Positions 10,245 to 21,195 are shown, numbered from the stretch's first letter. The stretch: 64,000 nt of DNA from an uncultured Spirochaetota bacterium (GCA_963845535.1 CAWJSK010000012.1:416001-480000); one strand, 5' to 3'. The notes: generated by a model from the sequence alone, not told the origin. Program-made: numbers and translations.

Positions 10245-10329
10245 TCCATTTCCTCCGTTCACAAAGCGAATACAGCATTATTATCGGCGCCTTGCCCCAT
10301 GGTCAACCAAAAGGAGGGACCTTTCGGTC

Positions 10330-10399
10330 GGTGGACCTCGTTCGGTGGACCTCGTTGGGTGGATCTCGTTGGGCGAACCTCGTTGGGTGAAGCTCATTC
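10330..10399. repeat. Tandem repeat, 5 x 14 bp (GGTGGACCTCGTTG consensus)
   Basis: ggtggacctcgttc/ggtggacctcgttg/ggtggatctcgttg/ggcgaacctcgttg/ggtgaagctcattc, intergenic between divergent genes. Confidence 0.85.
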
Positions 10400-10453
10400 A
10401 CCGGATTGACGCCGTGATGGGGCCGGACTATTGTGTGCTCGAGGGGGGCTTGC

Positions 10454-10921
10454 ATGCAGTTGTGGGGCAAGCGGCAGGAGGAGAGCCCGGCCGATTTCTG
10501 GCGCAAGACGGGAGAAAAAAGGGGCGGTGAAATCGGTTTCTTCACTTTTGCCACGCTCCTGGGACGCTCGGGTGACGGTCCGCTGGGCCTGCCGGGGCTC
10601 CTGTACACCGTGGGGGAGAGGGTCTGGTTCGAGGACTTCGAAAGGGACAACTGGCTTTCGAAAATCCTCGGTTCCCGCCAGAAATACGAGAAGACTGAGT
10701 TCTGCTTCGACAGGTCCGAGGTGACGTTCAGCCGCGTCGTCTCACGAAGCAACGCTTATCGATGCATCGGAGGGGGGGTGACCCCGGACGCCCTCCGCGC
10801 AATGTCGTCATTCGGCAGGCTTTTTTCAGGGCACGCGCTCCAGGTGGGCTTGCAGGATTCATCGTCGGTGTTCCTGGAGGTCATGCGGGAGAGCGAGCTT
10901 CGGGGATTTCTGGGCAAGTAA
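10454..10921 (+). CDS. Hypothetical protein
   Basis: GAGGGGGG RBS before ATG 10454. Fills the intergenic gap and ends at a hairpin. Confidence 0.7.
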   Translation: MQLWGKRQEESPADFWRKTGEKRGGEIGFFTFATLLGRSGDGPLGLPGLLYTVGERVWFEDFERDNWLSKILGSRQKYEKTEFCFDRSEVTFSRVVSRSNAYRCIGGGVTPDALRAMSSFGRLFSGHALQVGLQDSSSVFLEVMRESELRGFLGK

Positions 10922-10943
10922 GGGGGGCTTTCGCCCCCCCCCC
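10922..10943. terminator. Hairpin between convergent genes (possible bidirectional terminator)
   Basis: GGGGGG-CTTTCG-CCCCCC stem-loop, no strong U tract. Confidence 0.45.
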
Positions 10944-10949
10944 CGCGTC

Positions 10950-12065
10950 TCATTTCACGCGCGCTGCCTGCTCTGCAATGATCTGAGTGACTTTGATGTC
11001 GAATGCGTCGCCTCCCCCGGCCGCCATGAGCCGGGCGCGTTCTTTTTCGATGTAGTCGGCCCGCTTCTTCGAAAGCTCAGCGAGCTTGACGTTGAGCGCG
11101 TCTCGCTTTGCCTGCAAGGCGGCAAGAGAAGCCTTTCGCGCCGCGGGCGTCATCCGTTGCATCTCCGGGGGAAGCTCCTCCGCCCTCAGGCGGTCCACGT
11201 CCACCTTCCCGTCCTTGCTGTCCTCCAGCAGGTCGCCGGTGCCCTGGATGGCTTTGCCGCCGCTTGCCAGATTGTATGCCGCCCTGTCCGCGGCCACCGA
11301 GGCGGGCGCGGCGGATGCCTTTGCAACTTTTCCGAGGGATTCCTTCTGCCTCGTCGAGTCTCCGTACGGGATGACGGTGGAGCCTATCTCCGCGCTGGCC
11401 CGGGCAATCTCATCGTCGAACGGGGTCGTCATGGCGGTCATGTTTCCGGATTGCGCAAGCGCCACGTATGATCCGTCCGCCCGGCGCGCGATCTCCTTCC
11501 ACACTGCCGCGGTTTCCGCAACGTCGCCGCACTGCACCGTGTCAATGATGATCCCTTGCTTCACGGCTTCCCGGGCGGTGACCGGGTACTTCACGTCATC
11601 CGGGTAGTCCATATGGGGCGGGTAGTCACCCACGAGGAAAATGATCTTCAGCACCTTGGGGCCGGGCGTCCAGCCAAGGTCGGTCACGGCTTCGTGCAGG
11701 GCCTGGTTCACGCTCTCGGGATCATCCCCGCCGCCGTCCGCCGTGATCGACTGGAGGTTCCTGTACACCGAATCGATGTCTTCGGTCAGGTCGAACCGCC
11801 TCGTCACGTATTCGTCTCCCTTGTCGCGATAGGTCACCAGCCCGATCCTCACTTCGGGCGTCGGTTTTCGCGCGATGATGTCATTTGCGATGGACCAGAT
11901 CTTCTCTTTCGCCCCGTCGATCAGCCCCCCCATGGAACCCGTGGAGTCAAGAACGAACGTGACCTCGACGCGCGGCTTCGGCGCCGCGGCGCCCGCGGAG
12001 AACCCGCTCACAACGAATACGACCGCCGCAATCGAAACAAGGACAAATGACGCACAAGCCTTCAT
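10950..12065 (-). CDS. Secreted VWA domain protein with coiled C-terminus
   Basis: Signal peptide, MIDAS DSTGSM, GLVTYRD, GGGDDPESV, LVGDYPPH. Confidence 0.9.
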   Translation of the reverse strand: MKACASFVLVSIAAVVFVVSGFSAGAAAPKPRVEVTFVLDSTGSMGGLIDGAKEKIWSIANDIIARKPTPEVRIGLVTYRDKGDEYVTRRFDLTEDIDSVYRNLQSITADGGGDDPESVNQALHEAVTDLGWTPGPKVLKIIFLVGDYPPHMDYPDDVKYPVTAREAVKQGIIIDTVQCGDVAETAAVWKEIARRADGSYVALAQSGNMTAMTTPFDDEIARASAEIGSTVIPYGDSTRQKESLGKVAKASAAPASVAADRAAYNLASGGKAIQGTGDLLEDSKDGKVDVDRLRAEELPPEMQRMTPAARKASLAALQAKRDALNVKLAELSKKRADYIEKERARLMAAGGGDAFDIKVTQIIAEQAARVK

Positions 12066-12077
12066 GTTTGCCTCCCC

Positions 12078-14378
12078 CTAGTTCCTGATGTTGTAGAGAG
12101 TGTCGCCGACGACGACATCCATTTCGCTTCCCAGGGCAAGCCAGGAGGAAACCTCCGGGTTGCTGCCCAGGAGCTCGAAGTATTCCCGGCTGCCGAACCT
12201 GACCTGCTTCTGTTTCAAGGAGCGCTTCTTCTGCGCGCTGGAATCCGTCCAGACGTCCCCGTTCTGGTAGAAGGCGCGGCCGTTGACCACCCGCACCTGC
12301 TGGGCGTAGTTGTTTTTCTGCGATGCCCGATATCCCGCCGACGCGGGCGCCTGCGACGCTTTTTCCAGGCCGGAGGTCTGGGCGGCTTGCCCTTCGTTCA
12401 CGCTGGCTTTCAGGTCGTTCATCGCCATCGAGTTCTGCACGGCCGGAGCGCCCGCCCGGCTGGATTCGGAGAAGGCCTCCTTGCGCACGGAGTCGAGCCT
12501 GCTCTGCGCCTTGTCACGCGCGCCGCGGTCCTCTTCCAACTCCTGGAAGGATCGAAGTGGAACGGGCACATTTCGCTTCTCCTCGTCCTCCAGGATCAGT
12601 GAGGCGGTGTACGGCGTGACGATCCCGAACTCCCGCGCAAGTCGGATCACTTCGTCCTTCAGCTCCGCGGATTCCCCGTGCAGCCTGATTTCATCCAGGA
12701 GCCAACCAACTCGGCGCGTAGCCCACAGCCGCGGCATGAAATCGTTCCCGGCCTCAGCGGCGGGAAAGCTCAAGGGCGCGGCGAACTCCCGCTTCTTCCC
12801 GTTGAACTGGCCGCTGATCCTGACCGCGCCGGCGCCGCTGCCCGAGTAGCGCCCGAACACGACCAGGGTGTCTCCATTGAACAGGTCGGGAAGCTGGGCA
12901 GGGAGGACCTGCGTTACGCGGACCCCGGGGTTCGAGAAGGACAACGTCAGGTCGGAGAATACCGGCTCGTTGATCTTGGAATAGAAGGAGCTCACCTTCA
13001 CCTCGATGTCTTCTTCGGGAAGCACGTACTGGCTCACCGCGCGCGTCTCCGAAGCAATCCTGTCCAGGAGGTGCGCGTTCACATCCGTGCCGATCCCGAA
13101 AGAGAAGATGCGCGTGGCCCGGCCGGCGTGCGCAGCCCGGCCCACCAGCGCGTCCTCAGAGGTCTCGCCAACGGTGGGAATCCCGTCGGTCAGGAAAATG
13201 ATCATGGTCGGCCTGTCCTCGGGACCGCGCAGCGCAAGAGCGCTGTCCAGCGCGTCAGCAATCGCCGTTCCCCCCATCGCGGAAAGTCCATCGATGAAAT
13301 CGTAGGCTTTGCCGAGGTGCTCCGGGTCCGCCGCAACGAGGTCCTTGAAAAGCGGCTCGGCTTCCGTGGAGAAGCGCACCACGTCGAACCTGTCCCGCGG
13401 GGACAGGCTTTCCAGGCAGAAGCGGAGTGCTTTCTTGGCCTGGGCCAGCTTGGGGCCTGCCATGGACCCCGAGGTGTCCAGAACGAAACAGACGTCCTTG
13501 GGCGCGATGCCGTTCTTTTCCACCGTCATGCCGGGGGACGCAAGGAGCACGAAATATCCGTCCTGCCCCGCCTGCCTGCTCGCTACAAAGTCGATTCCCA
13601 ACGGGTTGGGGGCGCGGGAGAAAATGACCTTGAAATCCGTATCCGGCCAGGCGTCCCTTGCCTCCCAACCCACCACGGCGCGCTTGTCCCCTTCGCGCTT
13701 GATTTCCACGTCGTGGCTCGGGCTGTAGACGCTCTTCAGCGGCTCGTCGCCGTCAATGGTCATCTTCACGGAGACCTGGGACACCGGGATGGAGCTGAAC
13801 TTCTCAGTGCCCAGCGTGTACACGTACTCCGCCATGCCGGAGTCGCTCGTGAGGAGCTGGGTGTACCTGATCTTGATCCTCTTGCCGGACTGAGGCTCGA
13901 TGGGAAAAATGCGCAACGTGAAAGCGCCGCGGCCGGCGTATTCCAGGAGCGCGGGATCCCGCTCCTTGCGCACGATGTCCTCGTACAGAGACCTGGCCTT
14001 GTCCGCGGGAAGCAGCTCACCCTCCACCATTTTTCCACCCACCTCCATGGAGAACCGGTCGATGTGGGCGCCGGCGGGAATGGGGAAGACGTATGTGCCT
14101 TCCAACCGCGCGTTGCTCGCGTTGTAGAACTCCTGGTCAACCTCGGTGACGGCAACGAGCCCGTTCACGCTGACGTTCACGCGGTGGTAGAGGACCTGCA
14201 GCGGCGCAAACCCGAAGTGCCCCGGTGCCGCCGTCGGCGGATTGCTGACGACAATCAGCCCGTCAGCATGTGCAGTTGCCTGCGCCGCAAGAGCCAGAAA
14301 CGCCACCACTGTCCAGAGGAAAACCCGCCGCCCCCTTTTCGGGGCGTCAGACCGCGGAAGGACCCCATCTCCATTCAT
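12078..14378 (-). CDS. Secreted VIT + VWA domain protein (inter-alpha-trypsin inhibitor-like)
   Basis: VIT motif QEFYN...LEGTYVFPIP, RDPALLEY; VWA DTSGSM, GGTAI, FLTDG; LWATRRV; FGIVTPYTASL. Confidence 0.92.
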   Translation of the reverse strand: MNGDGVLPRSDAPKRGRRVFLWTVVAFLALAAQATAHADGLIVVSNPPTAAPGHFGFAPLQVLYHRVNVSVNGLVAVTEVDQEFYNASNARLEGTYVFPIPAGAHIDRFSMEVGGKMVEGELLPADKARSLYEDIVRKERDPALLEYAGRGAFTLRIFPIEPQSGKRIKIRYTQLLTSDSGMAEYVYTLGTEKFSSIPVSQVSVKMTIDGDEPLKSVYSPSHDVEIKREGDKRAVVGWEARDAWPDTDFKVIFSRAPNPLGIDFVASRQAGQDGYFVLLASPGMTVEKNGIAPKDVCFVLDTSGSMAGPKLAQAKKALRFCLESLSPRDRFDVVRFSTEAEPLFKDLVAADPEHLGKAYDFIDGLSAMGGTAIADALDSALALRGPEDRPTMIIFLTDGIPTVGETSEDALVGRAAHAGRATRIFSFGIGTDVNAHLLDRIASETRAVSQYVLPEEDIEVKVSSFYSKINEPVFSDLTLSFSNPGVRVTQVLPAQLPDLFNGDTLVVFGRYSGSGAGAVRISGQFNGKKREFAAPLSFPAAEAGNDFMPRLWATRRVGWLLDEIRLHGESAELKDEVIRLAREFGIVTPYTASLILEDEEKRNVPVPLRSFQELEEDRGARDKAQSRLDSVRKEAFSESSRAGAPAVQNSMAMNDLKASVNEGQAAQTSGLEKASQAPASAGYRASQKNNYAQQVRVVNGRAFYQNGDVWTDSSAQKKRSLKQKQVRFGSREYFELLGSNPEVSSWLALGSEMDVVVGDTLYNIRN

Positions 14379-14455
14379 ACGCGCCTCCTGTAGCTCGTGA
14401 TGCAGACAGTGTGGCGCGCGCAGGGCCGGCGGTTGTCAGAAAGGGGAAAAAGGAT

Positions 14456-14472
14456 TGTAAAAGTGATGTAAA
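14456..14472 (-). promoter_or_regulatory. Direct repeat TTTACA-N5-TTTACA (minus strand) upstream of the VIT-VWA operon, OmpR-family-like box
   Basis: + strand tgtaaa-agtga-tgtaaa, 11-bp period. Confidence 0.45.
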
Positions 14473-14517
14473 GGCGGGTCGATCAGTCGAGCGGCGCGGT
14501 CAGCTCCGCGGGGCTTT

Positions 14518-15729
14518 TTATTCTATCCCGAACTGCTTTTCCAGCTTTTCGTAGTAGTCGATGACCTGCCGCACCCACTTCCTCTTCTCGATATACGGCC
14601 GGTAATAGAAAGAGCGCTTGAAGCCGTAGACGATGATGTCCTTGAGCTGGTCCGGGGGGATGGAGAAATTGTCCAGCGCCAGCGTCAGCTCGCGCGTAAC
14701 GGAGGTGTGGGACACGAGGCGGTTGTCCGTACAGAACGTCAGGGAGAGGCGATAGTCCAGCATCTTCTGCAATGAATGATCGCGAACGTCGACGAGCCCC
14801 GGCGAGGTCTGCAGGTTGCTCGTCAGGCAGACCTCGACCGTGGTCCTGTTCTCCGCGATGTAGTTTACCAGGTTTTCCACGTATGCCTTCTTCTCCCGTT
14901 CGGTGCCCGTGGAGATCATGTGCTCGTCGAACATGTGAAGGCCGTGACCGATCCTGTCCGCGTGCAGCTTGGCGATTGCCTGGAAGACCGATTCGGGGCC
15001 GTAGGCCTCTCCGGCGTGGACCGTCTTCTTGAGGAAATGCCGGTGCACGTATTCGTAGGCTTCCTCATGCTCGCTCGCGGGATAACCCTCTTCACTCCCG
15101 GCGAGGTCGAACCCGACCACCTGCATGTCGGTTTCCCGGCGAAGCTGCACCGCGGCGCGCGCCAGCTCCAGCCCGGCGGTCCGGATGATGTCCAGGCTGG
15201 TCGAGGAGGAAAGAAGCCGCGAGAGGTTTCGATAATACTCGGAAAACTCAGGGGTGAAGAAGCGCATGGCGCAGAGGATGATCCCGTAGTCGAACGGCGG
15301 TTCGGTTGGAGGGAGCGCCCTGTTGATCTCCGTCCTGGCCCGGCGGAGCCCCGTGTCCACGGCGCGTACCACTTCCTCGAGGTTCAAGGAAGGGGACATA
15401 TGGAGCTGGGGAGCAAAGCGGACCTCGAGATACCGTACCCCTTCGGCCCAGTTGTCCATGGCGAGCTCGAACGCAGACCGCTGGAGACCCTCCGTGTCCT
15501 GGAGGACTTTCAGCGTCCAGGTGAATCCCGAAAGGTACTCCACGAGGTTGGCATAGGAAGACTTGAAGACCGTCTCGTTCAGGCCTTCCTCCGTGACGGA
15601 GGGAAGCTTGATTTTTCGTTCACGCGCCATCTCGATCAGGCTGGAAACCCTCAGAGAGCCGTCGAGATGCACGTGCAGATCTGTCTTGGGAATGGCGCGG
15701 ATGAAGGCCGGATCATATTTATATACCAT
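14518..15729 (-). CDS. add: Adenosine deaminase family protein
   Basis: PKTDLHVHLDGS, YLEVRFAP, GFDLAGSE, TVHAGEAYGP, RIGHG, EVCLTSN, CTDNRL. Confidence 0.9.
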   Translation of the reverse strand: MVYKYDPAFIRAIPKTDLHVHLDGSLRVSSLIEMARERKIKLPSVTEEGLNETVFKSSYANLVEYLSGFTWTLKVLQDTEGLQRSAFELAMDNWAEGVRYLEVRFAPQLHMSPSLNLEEVVRAVDTGLRRARTEINRALPPTEPPFDYGIILCAMRFFTPEFSEYYRNLSRLLSSSTSLDIIRTAGLELARAAVQLRRETDMQVVGFDLAGSEEGYPASEHEEAYEYVHRHFLKKTVHAGEAYGPESVFQAIAKLHADRIGHGLHMFDEHMISTGTEREKKAYVENLVNYIAENRTTVEVCLTSNLQTSPGLVDVRDHSLQKMLDYRLSLTFCTDNRLVSHTSVTRELTLALDNFSIPPDQLKDIIVYGFKRSFYYRPYIEKRKWVRQVIDYYEKLEKQFGIE

Positions 15730-15858
15730 TCCTTGTGACGATATAGAGCCGGGATGGGCTGGTCAAGGTCGACCGGGAGCGCTATCGACCAGGAGCGCGA
15801 GCCGTCCGCGCCTCCGCGGACCTTGTGGAGCAAGCCTGGGCGCGTGTAGCATCCGCGC

Positions 15859-16431
15859 ATGGAGACAGTCTCCTGCGTTGTGCCGGCCGCCGGGCGTTCC
15901 TCACGGATGGGTCTCTGGAAGCCGCTCCTTCCCTTCCGCGGATCCACCATCATCCAGACGGTCGTTGCCGCTGCGTTGTCCGCATGCGAGCGGGTCATCG
16001 TTGTCACGGGCTACCGGGGGGCTGAGCTGGAAGCGCTCCTGCAAGGGAACCGGAGGGTGACCGTTGCAGCAAACCCTGTTTGGGAGACGGGGATGTTCTC
16101 CTCGATTCAGCACGGCGTCTCATGCGTGAACACCGAGCGGTTCTTCATCGTTCTCGCCGACAAACCGTTCATCAGGCCGGAAGCCTATATGTCCCTGCTC
16201 CGCGCCGAACGCGCTGACGCCATATTCCCCGTTTTCAAGGGGGAAAGGGGGCACCCTGTCCTCCTCAGTGGCGCGGTTCGGGAGGCGGTGCTGGCTGCCG
16301 ACTCGAGCACCGCTTCCATGCCGAACGTGCTTTCACGCTTTACGGGAGAAGAAGTCCCATGGCCAGACGACTCTGTTGTCCGAGACATCGACACCCGTGA
16401 GCAGTACGATGCCGGCGCAGGCGTCTCATGA
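15859..16431 (+). CDS. mocA: Molybdenum cofactor cytidylyltransferase-like nucleotidyltransferase
   Basis: VVPAAGRSSRMG..KPLLPF, GMFSSIQ, LADKPFI, GHPVL, DIDT. Confidence 0.75.
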   Translation: METVSCVVPAAGRSSRMGLWKPLLPFRGSTIIQTVVAAALSACERVIVVTGYRGAELEALLQGNRRVTVAANPVWETGMFSSIQHGVSCVNTERFFIVLADKPFIRPEAYMSLLRAERADAIFPVFKGERGHPVLLSGAVREAVLAADSSTASMPNVLSRFTGEEVPWPDDSVVRDIDTREQYDAGAGVS

Positions 16432-17570
16432 ACGCAATGCAAGCTCAATTGGTATCCCTCCTGGCCGGCGGCGGGACGCTGGTCGGGATCTTCGCGGCGG
16501 CCGTGCTCGCAGCGCGGCGGGAGGGAGATGCCGGGGCCAACCACGTCCTCTCCGCCCTTATGGTTCTCTTTTCCCTCTCGATCATTTACCCGCTTTTTTT
16601 CCAGGCGTGGCCTGCACTTATGCGGACCCACGCGGTGCTGGTCCTGGAGCCCTTCCAGTTCCTGATCCCTCCGCTCATGGCGTGGTATTTCCGCGTCTTG
16701 CTGCTGCCGGGATACCGCTTGCGCCCCAGCCAGTTTCTTCATGCGCTGCCGTTCGTGCTCTTTGGCCTCGTCAGCGTTGTGCCAATGCCATCCTCCGCGC
16801 AGCGGCCGGCTCACGTTCCCGCCGCCGCCGTTACCGAGATCCTTTGGGCGCTGCTGGTTCTCCAGGCATTCCTCTATCTTATTCCGTCATTGAGGCTGCT
16901 CTTCCGATATCGACACTCCCTCCGTGACCAGGAATCCAACATTGCGGGGCTGGACCTGGGTTGGCTCATGTGGTTTGGCCATCTCTTTCTGGCCATGAAC
17001 ACGGCCTACGCCTTCCTCCTGATCATCATGCTCCACGGGCCTCGGGAGTTCCCCGTGCGTGAGTACCTCTCCATGGCGCTCAGCATCCTCGTCTTCGCCA
17101 TTGGCCAGCGTGCTCTGCTCCAGAAACGGACGCCGGCAATCGAAGGGCTCGACGTCACCGCTCCCGCGGCGGAAGCCCGGGAGGAAAGGACCGTGGTGCA
17201 GGCGGTGGAGGCAGCGGGGATCAAGGCGCGTCTCATGCACGCAATGGAGACCGAGGAGCTGTACCTGAATCCTGAGCTGCGCCTTTCCGACCTCGTGGGC
17301 CGCCTCGGCGTCACGAGAAATCAGCTCTCCTACGTCATCAACAAGCATCTGGGGAAGAACTTCTACGACTTCGTGAACGAATACCGCATCCGCCGCGTGC
17401 TGCGGCTGATGAATGAGCAGACCTACGACGACAAGAAAATCATCGCCATGGCCTTCGATGCGGGGTTCAATTCCAAACCAGCCTTCAACGCGGTGTTCAA
17501 GAAGTACACCGGATTGACGCCGTCCGCGTACCGGGACGGGAAAAAAAAGTTGTCTCATGCGTCCCCTTGA
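16428..17570 (+). CDS. AraC-family regulator with multi-TM N-terminal sensor domain
   Basis: About 7 hydrophobic segments, then YLNPELRLSDL...LSYVINKHLGKNFYDFVNEYRI...AGFNSKPAFNAVFKKYTGLTPS. Confidence 0.92.
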   Translation: MNAMQAQLVSLLAGGGTLVGIFAAAVLAARREGDAGANHVLSALMVLFSLSIIYPLFFQAWPALMRTHAVLVLEPFQFLIPPLMAWYFRVLLLPGYRLRPSQFLHALPFVLFGLVSVVPMPSSAQRPAHVPAAAVTEILWALLVLQAFLYLIPSLRLLFRYRHSLRDQESNIAGLDLGWLMWFGHLFLAMNTAYAFLLIIMLHGPREFPVREYLSMALSILVFAIGQRALLQKRTPAIEGLDVTAPAAEAREERTVVQAVEAAGIKARLMHAMETEELYLNPELRLSDLVGRLGVTRNQLSYVINKHLGKNFYDFVNEYRIRRVLRLMNEQTYDDKKIIAMAFDAGFNSKPAFNAVFKKYTGLTPSAYRDGKKKLSHASP

Positions 17571-17640
17571 GACGACGCACACGGACTGATCGGTTAGCTT
17601 CCCTCCTGTTCGACACTGAAGTGTCAGCAAGGAGAGTGAA

Positions 17641-18364
17641 ATGGGTTCGACGCCTATCGTGGAGCTTTCCGATGTCAGGAAGGTGTACCTCCTGGGGAGG
17701 ACGGAAGTCCCCGCCGTCAGGGGAGTGACCTTCGCCATTGAAAAAGGGGACTTCATCTCGATTGCCGGTCCGTCAGGGTCCGGCAAAACAACCATCCTGA
17801 ACCTGATCGGGTGCGTGGATACGCCAACACAAGGAATGGTCCGCATTGACGGCGTGGAGACCGCAGGGTCTGAGAGACCGGCAGATCACGTCCATCCGTC
17901 ACACGATGATCGGGTTCATCTTCCAATCGTTCAACCTCATCCCCGTCCTCAACGTCTATGAGAACGTCGAGTTCCCTCTCCTTCTCGGCGGCGGACGGCC
18001 GGCACGGGGAAAAAGGAAGGAATGGATCGAGACCCTCATCGAGGAAGTGGGGCTGGGCCAGTGGAGAAGGCACCGGCCCAGCGAGCTCTCCGGAGGGCAG
18101 CGGCAGCGGGTGGCAATTGCGCGCGCCCTGGCCACAAAGCCGCGGATTGTTCTGGCCGACGAGCCTACGGCCAACCTGGATTCGGCTACCGGCGAGGCGA
18201 TCCTCGAAGTGATGAAGAAGATCAACCGGGAGATGGGGACCACCTTCATCTTCTCCACGCACGACGCGAACATCGTGCGGATTGCAGACCACGTCATCCG
18301 CCTCCATGACGGAAAAGTGGAATCCGAGGAGCGCAGGGAGGGACGTCATGCCGGCGCTCGTTAA
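17641..18364 (+). CDS. ABC transporter ATP-binding protein (LolD/MacB-like), one frameshift at ~17867
   Basis: Walker A GPSGSGKT in the first frame; LSGGQRQRVAIARAL, LADEPTANLD, STHD in the second frame. Confidence 0.88.
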
Positions 18365-19806
18365 GCTTGCGCTTCGAAACCTCGTGGAGCATAAAGGCAA
18401 GACGCTCATCGTCGGGGTCATCATTGCCCTCGGCGTGACCGTCCTGATTGCGGGCGCGTCATTTCTGGATTCGGCTTCCCGTGCCCTCCGTCGGTCATTT
18501 ATCGACAGTTTCACGGGGCAGGTCATCATAACGGGCAAGGCGCACGGGAACGTTGCCTTGTTCGGCGTGGCGGAAATGGGCGCTGTGGAGGGCACGCCGC
18601 TCCTTCCTGACTTTGAGAAGCTGACCGGCTACCTGAAGGGGAATGCGGAGGTGAAGACGCTTCACGTTCCAGATTTCCGCGGCCGAGCAGCTGAACAAAC
18701 CCGGAGAAGATGCGGCCGGCGGCGGGCCTTTCACCTATCTCTTCGGGATAGACCCCGGATCATACGGGGCAATGTTCAACAACATCATGCTGGTCTCAGG
18801 CGCCGGTCTTCTTCCAGGACAGGAAGGGATCCTGCTCTCCACCTCCAAGGTAGAGGAGTTCACAAAGGAGCTGGGGAGCGGATTGAAGGTGGGAGACAAG
18901 GTCCTGATTCAGAGCTTCGGCAACGCCATCGGTGAGGTGACGCTGCGCGGCATCTTCACTTTCAAGGAACGAAACGCCGCCACGGACCTGATCTCATACA
19001 TCGACCCGCAGACCTTGCGAGCGTTGGCCGGGATGGTGACAGACTCCCAGACCCGCCCCCGCCTTGACGCCGCGGAGGCCGGCCTTCTTTCAACGGACGA
19101 AAGCTCGCTGTTTCAGGGAGCCGGACAGATGATCAGAACCTCATCCGGGGCGGCGCGCCCGACGGCGCTGACGAAGACGCCATCAGCCCCGCCGGAGCAA
19201 AGCGCCAGCAAAGGCGGTCCATGGCAGTTCATCCTGGTCAACCTCCAGAACCCCGCTCAGGCGGCCGCTTTCATCACGCAAACCAACCAGTGGATGGCAA
19301 GCCAGGGGATAGAAGGAAGGGCCGCGGACTGGCGGGCGGCCGCCGGGCCTTTTGCCATGGTGCCCGACCTGATGCGCGTCGTCTTTGCCCTGGCCATCCT
19401 CATCATCGCGGTCGTTGCCATGATCATCATCATGAACACGCTCGTGGTCAGCATCAGCGAACGGACCGCGGAGATCGGCACCATGCGGGCCCTGGGGGCA
19501 CAGAAGGGTTTCGTCTGGCGAATGCTGTTCCTGGAAACGCTGGCGGTTTCGGTTCTCTTCGGCGCCGTGGGCATGGCCCTCGGCTCGGCGGTGGTGGGGA
19601 TCCTGAACGCAGCGGGCATTCCCGCGTCAAACCCTCTGCTTTCGATGATCGCGGGAAGCTCGACGCTGCGGCCCACGCTCGCGGCTTCTTCGCTGGGGGG
19701 CTCGGTCCTCCTCGTCATCGCCATCGCAATCATCGCTCACATCTATCCCGTAAGAGCCGCGCTGCGGATCCAACCCGTGGTTGCCATCCAATCGCGGTCT
19801 GAGTAG
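18348..19806 (+). CDS. FtsX/LolE-like ABC permease, one frameshift at ~18660
   Basis: LALRNL N-terminus; ISERTAEIGTMRALGA; YPVRAALRIQPV C-terminus. Confidence 0.85.
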
Positions 19807-19818
19807 GAGACACCTGTC

Positions 19819-21183
19819 ATGCAGTACGTGATCCTGGCATTTCGAAACCTGAGCCGGCAGAAGCGACGCAGCTTCCTGCTGGGCGGGGCAATCGCCTTCG
19901 GCATCTTGATTGTGACGTTCGTCAATGGCTTTGCCGGCGGGCTTGCGAGCAACCTCGAACAAAACTTCTCCCAGCTTCTGGGCGGAGAAATCTTCATCCA
20001 GGGAGTCGAAAAGACTTCATCAGGCCGACGCATCGAGCTCATCACGATGACGCGGCCCTCGGCGCGGCCATTACTGCTTCTCGGATTCCGGTGAAGTCCA
20101 TCACGAAGAGCTCCACGTTCCTGGGGACCTTCTTCTTCCACAACAACAGCGCGGTCCAGGAAGTGGTCGGCGTGGATTTCAATCAGAGCGCCCCGCTCAG
20201 GGACAGGCTGACGCTCGTCGGGGGCAGCTTCGATGCCATGAAAAACCCCGAAGGGATCATCATCGGCGAACAAACGGCCCAAAGGCTCAAGGCAGGCGCG
20301 GGTGACACCGTGCTCGTCCAGCTTCGAACGATAACCGGCCAGATGAACGTGGCGGAGTTCCTTGTTGCGGGGATCAGCCATGATCCGGGCATGTCGGTCT
20401 CCTTTGCAGCATACGCAAACAGGGCGTACGTGAACGGCCTGGAGAACCTTCCGGCGGACGCGTACCAGCAGCTTGGAATCCTCCTGAGCAATTCTGGCCA
20501 GACGGACGCTTCCGCATCCCAGCTTTCCCGGGCGCTCTCCGGAGAAAGTTGCGCTTCTCCCTGCGCTGCCGAAGACCGCGGGCGGGAATCCCATGGGATC
20601 AATGCTTCGGCAGCACAATGAAAACCCCATGGGCGCCATGGTCGCTGAGCTGATGCAGCAGGCCGGCGAAGGCAGCTACCAGGGAACGCGCTACAGGCTC
20701 TCCACCATCAACGACATCCTTGCCAGACTCCAGCTTCCGCAAATCATCGGGGCAATCAACGGGGTCGCCTTCGCGGTCCTTCTCATACTCTTCGTGATCA
20801 TCGTGGTCGGAGTCGTCAACACGTTCCGCATCATCCTGAACGAGCGGACACGGGAAATCGGGACAATGCGCGCCCTGGGGATGCAGAGGGGAAGCGTCCT
20901 CACGCTGTTCCTTCTTGAGGCGCTCTTCCTCTTCCTGGGCGGGGCGATGGCGGGGTTGATTGGCGCCGCTGTGGGGATGGCCCTCACGAGCCTTGCGCAT
21001 TTCGCGCCCACCACGCCCGCTTTCCTCATGCTCCGTAACGGGCACGCGAGCTTCGTCGTGTCCCCACGCCAGATCGTCCTGCCGCTCATCTCAGTCGGGC
21101 TTCTGACGCTGCTCGGCGCGTACATTCCGGCCCGGCGGGCCGCTCGATTGAAGCCTGTCGACGCCCTGGCCGCTTTCCATTGA
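19819..21183 (+). CDS. FtsX/LolE-like ABC permease, frameshifts at ~20044 and ~20540
   Basis: LAFRNLSRQKRRS; ERTREIGTMRALGM; PARRAARLKPVDAL. Three ORF pieces join into one protein. Confidence 0.83.
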
Positions 21184-21195
21184 GAGGAGAATGAA

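Noticed and set aside
17860..17880. Programmed ribosomal frameshift in the ABC ATPase
   Set aside because: No slippery heptamer, and it is one of many scattered indels.
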